From Blepharisma stoltei ATCC 30299 (Eukaryota; Protista; Ciliophora): a DNA stretch of 64,000 nucleotides. Location: positions 248,001 through 312,000 of the forward strand of contig CBFDEM010000039.1 in NCBI GenBank assembly GCA_965603825.1, given 5' to 3'. Below, piece by piece: positions 11,641-24,854 of this stretch. The position numbers were made by a program, and so were the translations under genes. The notes under the pieces were generated by a model that saw only the letters and a list, made by a program, of their open reading frames with translations, was not told the DNA's origin and ran no database searches. The number at the start of each line of letters is the position of its first letter. Within the stretch, counting starts at the first letter, position 1.

Positions 11641-14600
11641 ATGTCAAAGCCTATAAGAAGAAACAGCTCTTCTTTTATTATCAGCTACCAGCAAATTAAG
11701 AATCAAATTGAGCTCGAAGACCAAGCTAATAATCTGACAAAGAAAAAAGACAAAGAAAAAGAAAAAAAAACCGAAACTTTAAAAGGGAAGGATAAAGCAG
11801 GAGAGGCTATTAAGGAATCTGAAAATTTTAGGAATATGTGCGAGCATAAAATTCCTCTTAGTGAACTTATTAAACAGCTAGAAACCAATCTAGAAAATGG
11901 TCTCCAAGATGCAATTGCTAATGAAAAATTTAAACTATTTGGGGAAAATAAATTAACAGAAAAATCTCAACTGCCTTGGTACTGCCTCTTTTTTAAGCAA
12001 ATGACTGGCTTCTTCTGTTTGCTCTTATGAGTTGGCTCATTCCTGTGCTTTATTGCATACGGCATTAGTCCCATTGACCCTGCAAACTTATACTTAGGGA
12101 TCGTACTTGCAATAGTTGTGTTTTTATCTGGCTGCTTTAGCTATTATCAAGAATCTCAATCGCTTGCAATTATGGCAGGTTTCAAAGATATGATCCCTCC
12201 AACCTGCACAATTATAAGAGGAGGCAGCACAAGAATTTTTGAATCAGCCAAGCTTGTACCAGGAGATGTGGTAATTTTAAAAGAGGGTGGAAGAGTTCCT
12301 GCAGATTTAAGAATTTTCGAAGCCAATAACTTAAAAGTTGACAACTCATCTCTTACCGGAGAAAGCGAACAACAGCCAAGATCAGAAATTTGTACAAATG
12401 AGCATAACCCTCTAGAGTCTGAAAATATTGCATTTTTTGGGACAATGTGCAGCTCAGGAGAAGGTAAGGGATTAGTTATTTTTACTGGGAATAATACAGT
12501 TATGGGGAAAATCGCAAAACTTGCTTCTTCCACGACTACAGAAGAAACAACTCTAGGCAGAGAAATTACAAGATTTGTAAAATTGATAAGTGCAATAGCA
12601 ATCATGTTCGGAGTGCTATTTTTTTCTTTAGGATTTCTTTATGGGTATAGTGCAATTGTGAATATGGTTAATGGAATTGGTATTATAGTTGCCAATGTCC
12701 CTGAAGGACTTCTGCCAACTGTAACTGTGGCTCTAACACTTACCGCTAAAAGAATGGCTAGCAAAAATGTCCTAGTCAAGAACTTAGAAGCTGTTGAAAC
12801 TCTTGGGTCAACAACCTGCATATGTACAGATAAAACAGGAACCTTGACAGAAAACAAAATGAGAGTTGTAAACATTTGGTATGATGGAATGCTCAGAAAA
12901 GTCGAAAATTATGAAGAAAAAGAAACAATTGAAGAGCTGGGATACGAAATTGCTGATCCTACATTTTTAATGCTCCAAAAATGCGCTTCCTTAAATAGCA
13001 AAGCGCAGTTTACTTTTGAGCCTGATCAGAAATTGCTGGAGGATAAACATGGAAACTCTTATCCAAAAGATAAAGTTGAGGAGATAAAAATTAACTTTAA
13101 AAAAAATATGCTTGCGTCATCAGTGCAAGCCTGGAATACTGTGGGAGGAGACGCCTCAGAAATCGCGCTTATAAAATTTTTTAATCCTATAAGTGAGATT
13201 GAAGAAATTCGAAAAAAATACCCTGTAGCTGTAAGAAAAGGGATAAAAGGAGAAATACCATTTAACTCAAAAAATAAGTATGCAGTGACAATTCATGAGC
13301 CTTGCAGCTGATTTCCACAGGAACATCAGCATGACTGTATTTTATTTATGAAAGGAGCCCCTGAACAACTATGGCAAAGATGCACACATATTATGAATGG
13401 TGGAGAGGAGGTCCAAATTACTGAACAATGGGTTAAAACATTTAATGAGGCAAATAAAACTTTTGGAAGCCAAGGCCAACGAGTCCTAGGATTTGCTTTC
13501 TTATGGCTCGACCAGCAAAAGTATCCAAAAGACTATATTTTCAACCCTAATCTAGAAGATGGTCCTAATTTCCCACTTGAAGGCTTAACATTTATCGGGT
13601 TAATGGCTTTAATGGACCCCCCTCGTAAAAGAGTCAAAGAAGCAGTGATTTCATGTCATGAAGCTGGAATCAAAGTTATCATGGTAACTGGGGACCAGCC
13701 ATTAACCGCAGCTGCAATTGCTCGACAAGTGAATATTATTACAGAGCCAAAAACAGTCAATGAGCTTGTAGAGGATGGAATGGACTGGGATAGTGCAATG
13801 GAAAAAAGCAATGCACTTGTAGTCCATGGAGACATGCTTTCTAAAGCCCACACTGAAGATGAAGAATTGCCTTTTAGCCAACAAAGAATTGCATTATGGC
13901 TATTAAAAAAAGAAATTGTATTTGCAAGAACATCTCCTGCACAAAAATACATGATTGTAGATGCAAATCAGAAATTAGGCCAAATTGTGGCTGTGACAGG
14001 GGATGGAGTCAATGATAGTCCTGCTATCAAGAAAGCAGATATAGGGATAGCTATGAATATAGTTGGAAGCGATGTAGCTAAAGATGCTGCAGATATGCTT
14101 CTAATTGATGATAACTTTGCTTCTATTGTAGATGGTGTAAAAGAAGGCAGAGTTATTTTTGATAATCTTAAAAAGGTTATTTGCTATATTATAACTTCAA
14201 ACATTCCAGAAATTGTTCCATTTTTGACACTTGTTATATTCCAGCTTCCTTTGCCTTTATCAACCGTCTTAGTGCTTTGTATAGACTTAGGAACTGATGT
14301 TGTGCCTTCTATTTCAATGGCTTATGAGCCTGCTGAGCTAGATATAATGAAACGACACCCAAGAAATGCTAAGACAGACTACTTGGTTACAGGTCAACTA
14401 ATATTTTATTCTTACTGTATCATGGGAGAAATCCAATGCTGTGCCGGATTTATGGCATATTTCACAGTTATGTACGATTATGGATTTACCCCATCTATTT
14501 TGTGATGGTTTGCTCTAAGAGAAGATGGGACTACGCCTGGAGCCCATGACATTTATAATCCTTATCTTCCACATAAAGGCAACAGTCATGTTGGGGACCC

Positions 14601-15114
14601 TGAGTATGATGATAAGCTGGTTGACTATATTTCGGATGCTGATGGCAAGCATGATTTAAGAATTTGGTTTTGGAAAATTGGCAAGGACGAGTGGAATGAT
14701 TGCAGATATCCAGATATGGTTTCAGAAATTACTGGACATACAATTTGCTATACTTCTGAAGCCTTAAAGTATGCTCAATGCTCGTTTTGGGTTGCAATTG
14801 TGGTTACTCAGTGGGCAAATATTTTAAATGTGAAGACAAGAGCTCAGTCACTTTTGCAACAAGGAATAAAAAACAAGGCCTTGATATTTGGTTTGTTTTT
14901 TGAAACTGCATTAGCAATGCTAATACTATATACTCCTCCTTTAAATGTTGGACTAGGCACAAGGCCTCTTGCATTTTTGCATTGGGGATTTCCTGCTGCT
15001 CCTTTTTTCGTTTTGTTTATAGTTTTTGATGAGATCAGAAAATGGATCATTAGGGCAACTCGGAAGAAAAACCCCAAGAACAGAGGCTGGGTTGATAGAA
15101 ATACTTATTATTAA
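11641..15114 (+). CDS. P-type IIC ATPase (Na+/K+-ATPase alpha-like), 3 TGA=Trp
   Basis: VDNSSLTGES, VANVPEGL, DKTGTLT, KGAPE, TGDGVNDSPA, TSNIPE, CIDLGTD, C-terminal TYY; TGA at 12028 (LLL-W-VGS), 13309 and 14503. Confidence 0.95.
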
Positions 15115-15406
15115 GGTTAATTATCCTATGAATTTAAAATCTTTCCTTAAATGCAAAGTTCTATATTTTAACTCTGTGAAGGTTCTCAACAATTGAGGCA
15201 CATAACTATTTTCACTTCATTTTGATTTAATCTATTTCTCAGACTAATTGTTGAATGTTCAAAAACTCTTATTATTGACTAATTAATATTTTTACGTTTT
15301 CTTTATTACTAGATCTTCTTTCCTTGATAAACACTAAGTTGTTTGCTCTAAACCTCATATGTCATTTGAGATTTAAATATCTAAAATTGCTATTTTAAGT
15401 TAAAAT

Positions 15407-16330
15407 ATGAGCGAAAGCGCACCAAAAGAACTTACAAATATTCAAGAAGTTTATCAATATTTAGATTCCCTTAATATTGATATAGGAGGTATCATAGAAC
15501 CTGTAGAAAATTCAATCCAAGACGTAATAGTATCAAAAGAAAGCATTGACCTTGAGCAATCAGGAAACGATACTGCCCATTTTCGGTTTACTAGTTTTGG
15601 TGATTTTGAAGACACAAATAACGAAAAATCCTACCAAAATGAAAGCCTCGACATGGGAAAACTCCTAGATACCTATGAAAACGTTATTTACGAGCTGAAA
15701 GAATTAGAATATAAAGTAAAAGAAGCCAAGATCGCTCATATTGAAGAAAGCGAAGAATGAGAAAAATTAAAAGAAAGCACAGACCACGAAGTTGAAAAAA
15801 TCAAAGAAAGAAATAACGAGCTGAGGGAGATGCTTGCTATTAAGGAGCTAGATGTACAGAGAATAAGAGATGATATCAAGGCCGCAAGAGAAGAGTTAAA
15901 TGAAAAAAGAGAAAACAGTAAAAGGTTTACAGAAATTTTTGAAAGAATGAACAATCAACTAGTAAGATTTACTTAGTAGGCCAAAAAAGATGTTTTGATT
16001 CAAAAACAGCTTGGGATGATAATTTCATTAAGAAATGAAGAAGAGATGCACAGGCACTCTCCTTTAAAACTCTCACCTGGATCACCAGAAAAGGCTTTGG
16101 TTTCAAGCTCAATAGGGAAATCTCAAGGATCGTATGTGACTCCATATAAATTAAAGCCCGAAGATGTAGGAAAACAAGAAATCACAATGCCTTTGCTTTC
16201 AAAGTCAGTTGACAATTGGGTAGCGTCTTTTCGGTCATATTCTCCTTCACCTAGGGCAACTAGCCCAATTTACAGCGAAAGTCCTAGCTTGTCCAGCCTA
16301 AAATATGGGTCTAAGAAGAAGCTGAACTAG
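15407..16330 (+). CDS. Hypothetical coiled-coil protein; 1 TGA=Trp; probable intron 15962-15979
   Basis: All segments share one frame; continuity needs removal of GTAAGATTTACTTAGTAG. Confidence 0.65.
15962..15979 (+). other. Micro-intron with tandem TAGTAG acceptor (15 or 18 nt)
   Basis: GTAAGATTTACTTAG|TAG; only the 18-nt form keeps the ORF open. Confidence 0.6.
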
Positions 16331-17210
16331 AATTTTTCCATATAATAAACAATGATGGTTAGCAAAAACATTCTTAAAACATTTTTATAATAAAATATCA
16401 ATCCTATCATACCACTCTGGCATTTCCAAGGACTCAGGAGTGCCTTTTAAACGAAAAGAATCATATGATCTACTAAAAATCAAAGGAAGTTTTAATATTG
16501 AGATACCAAAATTATCTAACCTTTCAAGCCTAAATACACCTCCAACCCCTGAAATTGGAAAAAGAAATGGCTATTTCCGTAAGACATCATTTCAAGACTC
16601 ACCAGTATTAATAGATGAAGAGCAGAAAGATTTAAGAAGAAACTCAACTTTAAGCCTGCTGACAGAGCCCTCACCTAAAAAAGCACTCCAAAATCTGAAT
16701 ATCAACAAGAACTTTATGGAGCTTATAACTAAAACTAGCCTTAAGCTTAAAAGGAAAAATAATTCAATTGAGAATACTGATGAAGAAATAAAGCAGGAAA
16801 AAAAGAGACTTTCTCAAATGATAGCTAGCTACTTTAATAAGGACCAATATATGAGGCGAAGGGGAAGTGAGAGAAAAAGAAGCATGACTCAATGGCCTAC
16901 AAATCATCCTAATCAGCAGCAAATAAATAGTATAAAATTTCCATCGTTTGCAACATCAGAAAATAAGTTACAGACATTTACAGTTGAAACGCTTCCAACT
17001 CCAAAAAATTTGATTAAAAAAGGTACAATGACAGGAAAATTAAGAAAAATCAGGACTGAGCAAGATTTAAGCAAGCAACCTATAAAGAGTCATCCTAAAA
17101 GGCAAATAAAATTAAAGACAACAGCCATTTCAGGAAGAAAAGGCATAGGAATTAATCACCATCACTATACCAAAACTTGTGAAATCAATATTAATCCGGT
17201 AAGTCCATAA
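16305..17210 (+). CDS. Hypothetical basic low-complexity protein; start uncertain, 2 TGA=Trp near the N-terminus
   Basis: Frame is open from ATG 16305 (aaat-ATG-G) through TGA 16323 and 16353 to TAA 17210. Confidence 0.5.
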
Positions 17211-17393
17211 TGTATGATTTCAGCTCTGAGAAATTTAATTTAAAGATAGCTAAAATAATAAAGTAAGAGTTTTAATAACTATATATCTCATCAGTATGCC
17301 TAACTGGCTTTAACTGAAATCAGAATTGTTATTGAATAATAAAGTAAAGTAAATTTTGGAATAATTATTGAAAAATGTTAACTAATTAAAATT

Positions 17394-19154
17394 ATGAAAA
17401 CTCCAAGGAAATCAGTCAAGCCTCTGAAGAATCTATCTTTGAGGGACCAATTATACATGCCCCCTCTCGAAAAGTACAGTGTCTTTGGGATATTTCCTTG
17501 GGCAATGGTTATCCATTTATTGCTCGTTCTTTTTGCTTCATGCCAAGTCGTGCTAATTATTAATTCAAGTGCCCTGTATAGCTATTCGCAGCTTATGCTT
17601 TGAAACCAATTATTTTTGAATAAGGACGTCCAAGGTAGTGATACTTCCCTATCTTACACATTTACTTTATTCAGAATAAATAAGCTCCAAAGCTATGTCC
17701 AAGAAACAGTTGAAAAATACTATGACATAAACAGTCATGCTATAGACAATTATTCTTTTAAGTACAATGAATACGGTGACAAAAAGCCTGTGAAAATGTT
17801 CGTAAAATATTCTGATAGAGAAAAGGCGAAAGATAAACATTATTCAGACGAATACGACCTGACCACTAATGATCTTGGTCCATTTGAGTTTGTAAATTTA
17901 AAAGATTTTTTGGATTTAGTGAGTGAGTTTCAGCTTCAGTTCACACTTTTACATCATTTAAATCCGCATGTAGACACAGCTTCAACTTGCTATGAATGGA
18001 CGATAAGTCAGATTTATCAATATACTTATCATGGGACAATAGAAGTGTTCCAAGAATTTGATAGAGGAGTTTGCCACTCTGATTCCATCAATGTTTTTGA
18101 AAAGTATATATGGCTTGATATATTAGTATTGATTTTATCGCTATCCAGTATAGTAATAACTATGCTTTACTTATTTAATCGAGCACTTTTAATTTCGAGA
18201 TTGAAATACAACCCAAGAGCGACGATGGCTTATGCGTGGGATTCTTTATCCACAAAAGAAAAACTGCATTTCATCGATCTCTGGATCCTAGTCACTATTT
18301 TTGGAAATCTATGTCAGCTTTTTGGATCACTAAGTGCGTTTATAGACGAACAAAACGTTCTTAACATCCATGAGATCTTTATTGGTTTTGGCTGTTTCTT
18401 TTCCTGGATCACTATCATAAGGTACTTAGAGCCTGCTAAAAATGCATATACAATAGTTCACACCATGCAAAGAGCTTTCCCTATTCTTGGTCCTTACATG
18501 GTAGGAATTTTGCCAGTTTTCATGGCATTTTCATTTTTAAGCATATGCTTATTTTGGGAAACTGGGCTATATTCCTCACCAATTTGGGCAATGATAGTCA
18601 ACTTTTGTATGCTCAACGGCGACTCTTTGTATTTCTTTATCAGTGCTGATTACACAGCAAATAAAATTTTTGGCCAACTTTATATCTATGCGTTTCTAGT
18701 CTTTTTCATTTGCTGTATTCACAATATTTTTATCGCCATTATTCAAGACGGTTTTGCCTCTCTGCAAACAAATCCGATTAAGCAAGGAGGAGACTCAGAC
18801 GAAGAAGCTGACACATCATCATTTTTCAGTGCTTTAAGCAAGCTCAAAAAGAAGAAAAACCAAGATAAAGAAGACGAGATCGATAGAGTTAAAAAATCAA
18901 GAAAAGCATTTCGGAAAATTCTGACTGGGAGGGTTTCAGGGCCAATAAACCAAGACAGGACTCAGACTTATTTGGAGAGAATGGAAAGGGAATTTGAAGA
19001 TATAAAAAAAGCAATATCAAGCTTACCTGACGTCATTGAGCCTGAGCCTGGGCATAGAGTTGATAGAAACGCATTAAAAGAAAGGATGAATGCAATGCTT
19101 AGCAAAGATATAATGGATTATGCAGATATGCTACTGACAACTAAAGTCTTTTAA
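17394..19154 (+). CDS. Mucolipin/TRPML-like cation channel, 1 TGA=Trp
   Basis: YMPPLEKY...FPW N-terminal motif, large luminal loop, six TM segments, pore MLNGDS; TGA at 17601. Confidence 0.85.
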
Positions 19155-19267
19155 TTTATTATTGAATAATAAATTAATTTTATGACTAAAGGAAATGATT
19201 TTTATAATAATCTGCTACAAATAAGAAAGATTTTTAATGCTAAAATTAATGAATCTTATTATTTAAG

Positions 19268-20278
19268 ATGGCAAAAATGATGAGAGCCCTGGCTTTTGAT
19301 AAATTTTTGCCTGATCCCAAACCTTTTATTAAAGAAGTTCCGATACCAACTCCAGGCCCTGGAGAAGTTCTAGTCAAAATGGAAGCAGCTCCTATTAACC
19401 CATCTGACTTAAACTGAATGAAAGGGGTATATGGAATCAAGGCAGAATTGCCTGCTATAGGTGGATTTGAAGGCGCTGGAACTATAATTGAAACTGGCCC
19501 AGGACTTTTTACTAGTTTTCTAAAAGGAAGGCGCGTATCTTGCATAGCAGCTCCTGGAAAAAGTGGGACATGGGCTGAATATATGGTGACTAAATCACAT
19601 TACTGTACAAAACTAAAGGATCATTTTTCATTTGAGCAAGGCGCTACCTTTTTCATCAATCCCATGACTGCCCAAATGTTCACAGAAAAAATTTCCGCAG
19701 GCAAGCACAAAGCTGCTATTCAAACAGCAGCAGCCTCATCTCTCGGCAAAATGATGGTAAAGTGGGGCGAAAGAACCAAATTCCCAATAATTAACATTGT
19801 AAGAAGACCAGAACAAGTTGAGATGCTTAAAAATCTTGGATCAATGTACATTCTAAACTCAACAAGCCCAACATTTAAAGAAGAGTTATCAGATCTATGC
19901 AAAATACTACAGCCTACAATCGCTTTTGACGCTGTAAGTGGAGAACTGACAGGGGTTATTATGAATGCTATGCCTGACAATTCTATTCATTATGTGTATG
20001 GAGCTCTATCAGGACAAGATATTTCTGGGATAAATACAAGAGGCCTTTATTTTGGAAATAAACTATTAGGCGGCTTATGGCTTACAAGCTGGATGCAAAA
20101 GAAAACACCTTTTGAGCTTAAGCTTGCAATTGGGGCTGTACAAAGGAATTTTGGTCACACTTTTAATAGTGAAATTACAGGTAGATTTCCACTTAACAAA
20201 TATGGTGAAGCAATTAAAACGTTTAAAAGTAACACCTCAAGCGGCAAAGTGATATTATACCCTTCACAAATCATATAG
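19268..20278 (+). CDS. MDR-superfamily oxidoreductase (enoyl reductase/quinone oxidoreductase-like), 1 TGA=Trp
   Basis: AAPINPSDL, GFEGAG, GTWAEY, INPMTA, AAASSLG, YGALSG, GKVIL; TGA at 19415. Confidence 0.9.
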
Positions 20279-20293
20279 AATTAATAAAAATCA

Positions 20294-23200
20294 TTATTTC
20301 TTTTGATTTAATTTTTCTTCAATAAGCTGGGATAAAGGATGAACAAAGCCTAAAGTCTGGTACTCATGCAGAACTTCTCTGAGGTGATAGCCTGGCTGAT
20401 CAGTTTCTATCGCAGTATTTGCTTTTTGTATCCACAGATCTGCTGAGTTTAGAAGAGCGTAAAGTTCATCCAAAACTGGTTCAGCAAAAGTCATCTTCAG
20501 AGCTTTTTTCCTTAGTTCATTAAGCTTGGCATAATCCCTGCTTGCATTCAATTCTTTTTGTATATCATTTACTAGTGCTTCAAAGAGCTCTATCCTTTTC
20601 TTCAGTCGGTCTACTTTTTCAATCTTCAGATAGTGAGGATCTTCTCCATCAATAAAATTCTTCAGCACTTGAACTGAAACTTTTTGGGTTTCCAAGTCTT
20701 GCAGCTTTTGGGTATACTCTGAGGCTTTATTTATCATTTCTTCTAGTCGTTTTACAACTTCCACAATTTCAGGCTCAGCCCAGTTTTGAGAGTCAGCAAT
20801 TAATTTTTTCATGTTTCTTAAGGAAATCTTTACATAAAGACTTTTATAAGCATCTCTAAGCCAATCCCTTTTTTGAAGAAGCTTCATAAGGAGTTCTCGC
20901 TCAGGGATTACTACAGGAAGCCCTTCATAATCTGCTAGCTTTCTCATTACTCTGCAATCAAACAGAGTTTGTTCGTTTTCTAATGCCTGATTTTCTTGCA
21001 TCACAAGCATTTCCAATTTTTTCGCTTGCAACCCAGCATCTAATAGTTCATTAATTGAGCCTTTCCAAGCTTGCATTTTCTCATAGACAAGCTTAAGTTC
21101 CCTTCTTTCGTCTCCATTGATTTTGAATTTTTCTCCTTCTTCTATCAGTTTTACGAAGTCTTCAGTAGAGATCACTTGTCTGCGAGCTTTCTCATTTCTT
21201 GAGCCAGTCCTCTCATTACATAAAAAGCATATAAATTCTTCAATTTTGTCGATCTCACCGGCATCAAGCCCAATACAAGAAGGATGGTACCATTCTCCAC
21301 AGGAATCACAATTAACCATCACTGTGTCATCCCAATTCAGTTCATAGTTGCATACACAAAAGGTTGACCAAGGAACTGTAAAGTCTTTTGGCCGCTTGGA
21401 AGATTTTTTGGTCTGCTTTACTTCATCGTTAAGGCGGCTCTTGAAATTTAAGGCGCGTTTTCTTTTGAAATCAATTAGGTTGCGAGGCTTTATCTTTGGG
21501 AAAATTTTGTTAACTCGGAAAATCATAGAAATGCCTTCTGTTGGGTGGTAAAGGGGGAATGCGTAGAAATTATAAGGAATATCGATATCTACAGGGCTTT
21601 CTTGTGGGGATGCTTCTTCTGGCTCTTGATTGATGTATTCTTCTAATGTGCAGCGCTTCTTAAGAGATCGAGGGTTAATAGGCATTCGAGGTGGAGGATT
21701 TGGGAGGGCTGATAGCACTTTTCTTGCTCTCACCCTCCAACCTTTAAGATCTTCAGCAATTTTGGCGAGTTGGTTGAACTCATCAGTTTCATAACAAATC
21801 AAATCTCCTTCCTTCATTAAAGTTTTCAGCTCTGCGTACTCCCCTCCGTTATTTATGATATCTTTAGCTCTTTCTTTCCATGTACAGATTTCAATTAAAG
21901 ATCTTTTAAGGAGAGTTTTCTGGGTTTCAGGCACTGGGATGCTTTTGGACTCTTTATAAAGATCAATGAGTTTATCTATGACACCTTCTTCGCAAGCTGT
22001 ATGAAGCTTTTCTCTCCATTCTTCAGTTTGCTTTGAGTGGACTGGAGCTTTAAAATTCCTGTCAGACAAGATCATTAGCTGCTCTGCTGGGTTGTCTTTA
22101 ACTACAATTGGAATTTCTTTAGCCCACTCTTGTTGAGTCTGGTCCAGACGAGTAAGTTCTTGGAATTCTTGTGACCCTTTAAGGATATCAGGACATGACT
22201 GTAAAAGTCTTGCTAGACTTGGGAGATCGTTGATTGATGGGCGCTGCTTTGAAATTTTTCGAAGGAATTCAGTAGCATCACTTACCCAATTCTCAATTGT
22301 TTTGGCTTTATTTTTGATTGATTTATACTCATGACAACTGACTTTAAGGTTGTCATTTTGGTTTTGGATTTCCTTTACCTGCTCCCAGCTTCATTTTTCT
22401 TGGGCAATATTAGCAATCTCTATACATTTTTGTTGAAACTCTAAAGCCATGCTAAGCTTTTCTTTCAATTCTGTCAGTGTCGGCTCCACCTCAATTCTTT
22501 GATTTTCCCCTTGCTTGCACAGTTTTTCTAACTTGCTGATTTCAATTACTTCTGACCCTGCAAGTACCCGCTTGGACTTTTCCCTCCACTCTTTGAACTT
22601 CTTGAGCATTGATTGGAGTTCTTTAAACAACTGGCTGCTTATCTTTTTCCCTTTAGCTTCATTTATTAATTGAGTTAATTGTTTTTGGTTAATCACTTGA
22701 GTTTCCAATATCTTTCTAGCTCTCAAAGACCATTGGGCGTTATTCTTTATTCCTTCGAGGCTTCCAACTTCTAAAGGTAAATTGTTGCCTTCTTCAAGCA
22801 CAGCCATCATGGAGTCGCTTTCTTTGTCTTCTTCTGACATTTTCACTCTCTCTTGCCACTCTTTGACCTGCTCTATGGAGTTTTCTAACACCCCTATTTC
22901 GTGGTGAGTGAACTTGAGCTCTTTGGCTTCATTTAGCAAGCACATAACTTCTTGGACACTTGTGCGGCTGTTTTCCTTGCGAGCTTTTCAGCTGCGGATG
23001 AGGTTGTGGGCTGACTCGATCCATTTTTTGGTTTTTCTGTGCTTTTCTTTGACAGATGGCAGCTCTGGCAAATTCACAGGCAGTGCTGAGCCTTCAGTGA
23101 CGAGAGAATGCAGCTGCTTAAGGGTAGGATAATTGAGCTCTTTTACTTTTTCAGTCCATTCCTGGGCTCTTGTTAAGTACTCTTTCATGCTTTTCATAGT

Positions 23201-23995
23201 CGATGTTTGGATTTTATAAGCCTCGCTTTCTTGGACCAATTCCTGCAGTTCCGCTACGCTCAGCAATTTCTCTTTAAGCCTTTTTCTTGCTCCCTGAGAA
23301 AAAACTTCAGCTTCAGAAAGCTCATCAGCTATCTCTCCTGGAACTTTTGCCTTCATATTCGTTGCGATCTGCAGCAAAGTTTGCAGCTCCTGTTCACTGA
23401 TCCCATCTGCAACTGATTTTTTCATTTTGTCCAAAAAGTCCTCTTTTCCATCTACTTTTACCCTTGTCAGTTCTTTGGTGGCGTCGTCCACTTCTTTGAC
23501 GATTTCTTCGTATGGCAAGTTATGGATGAGCTCTGGGTTGAACATCAGCGAAACTGGCTTGAGTACAGCGTACATAGCCTTGTAGACGTCGCCATATTTT
23601 TCAAGCAATTTCAAAGCTCGTTCTTCAACGCCGCAGCCTCCTTTGATGATATCTCCATCAATTTGATAGTCCGTGAAGACCAGCTTGCAGAACTTGAGAA
23701 ATTGCTCGATTTTTTCTTGGTCGTTGAAGTTGTAATTTTTTGAGAATTTGAGCTCCTGAGTTGGTCTGGCGAAGGCTGGAATTGAGGATTGGAACTGATC
23801 TCCTACTCTTGACGAGCGAAATGGGTAATTATTTTTGCTCTTTTTTATCGGACAATTATTATTGCTTTGAGTTTTTCTATCGCGATGCTTTTGCCTTAGG
23901 TGCCGCTGATAACAAGGATTGCACATTCCCCTGCAGTAATGGATTCCTGACTGCCCGCACTTAGTGCATCTAAATTCAGGTAGCTTGTCTTTCAT
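20294..23995 (-). CDS. Large (about 1233 aa) PLU-1-like helical-repeat and PHD-finger chromatin protein, 2 TGA=Trp
   Basis: PHD CVC...CDSCGEWYHPSC...CFLC; repeated WxxxA/V helical units; ELM2-like SRVGDQFQSSIP; TGA at 22988 and 22391 join three ORFs. Confidence 0.8.
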
Positions 23996-24422
23996 ATTTT
24001 ATATACGATTGATTGATTCATATATAAATTTTTGATAGTGATATATTAGGCTAACCTGAGTTTATAGAAGAAGAGGGGACTTTTTGTGATAGAGGCCATG
24101 AGGTCTGTTTGAAAAGCCCAGAATTTTCAACCTTTTCACTGTCGTTGCGAAATTTTGTATCCCTATACAACTTTAGAGGGAACTTGAAATTTAGGCATAT
24201 AATAAGAAATTTAATGGTATAAGTCGATTATTAATAGCAATTTATCTGCTATTATAGGATTTCCCTCATTGGATAGCTTCTTTTGTTAAGGTAAGTAAAT
24301 TTGGTCATATATAAATTATCAGATTAAAATGAAATCTTTTTAGAGCAGATAAGCAATCTGGAATAAGTAAATAAAGTTTAATAAGCTAAGACAGAATTCT
24401 GATTTCTAGGCTTCGTCATAAA

Positions 24423-24854
24423 ATGAATAATAAACCGAAGTATGATCCAGAATTTCTCAAAGAAATGATCATGGACGCTATAGGGAACATACAAGACCCA
24501 GAACTCCCAAACACCCTTGAAGACTTAGATATTGTTGCAGAAGATCGCATTGAAGTTAAAGCTACTGATAGCAACTATCATGCAACAATTGTCTGAATTC
24601 CAACAAAAAGCACATGTTCTTATGCAAACAATATTGCCCTGTGCATGAGATACAAGCTTCAGGAGGAATACCCAGACATAAACTTAAAATTAGACATCAT
24701 CTTAAAAGAAGGCTCTCATGTGACAAAGATGGAAAGTAATATTAATATAGTTGACAAGCAGGTGAACGATAAAGAAAGAATTGCTGCAGCTTTGGAAAAC
24801 CCTGATGTTCTTCAAATGATTAAAAAGTCAACAGGAAGTATATATGAACACTAG
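24423..24854 (+). CDS. CIA2/MIP18/FAM96 cytosolic Fe-S assembly protein; TGA=Trp; 15-nt intron
   Basis: IQDPELPNTLEDLDIV, PTKSTCS, KQVNDKERIAAALENP; TGA at 24594. Confidence 0.92.
24736..24750 (+). other. 15-nt intron (stop-free, in frame)
   Basis: GTAATATTAATATAG; removal restores family spacing GSHVTKMEIDKQVNDKER. Confidence 0.85.

Noticed and set aside
15977-15979. Genome-wide UAG=Gln code
   Set aside because: TAG terminates several genes here (DCP2, HUWE1, CIA2), and internal TAGs occur only in or next to introns.
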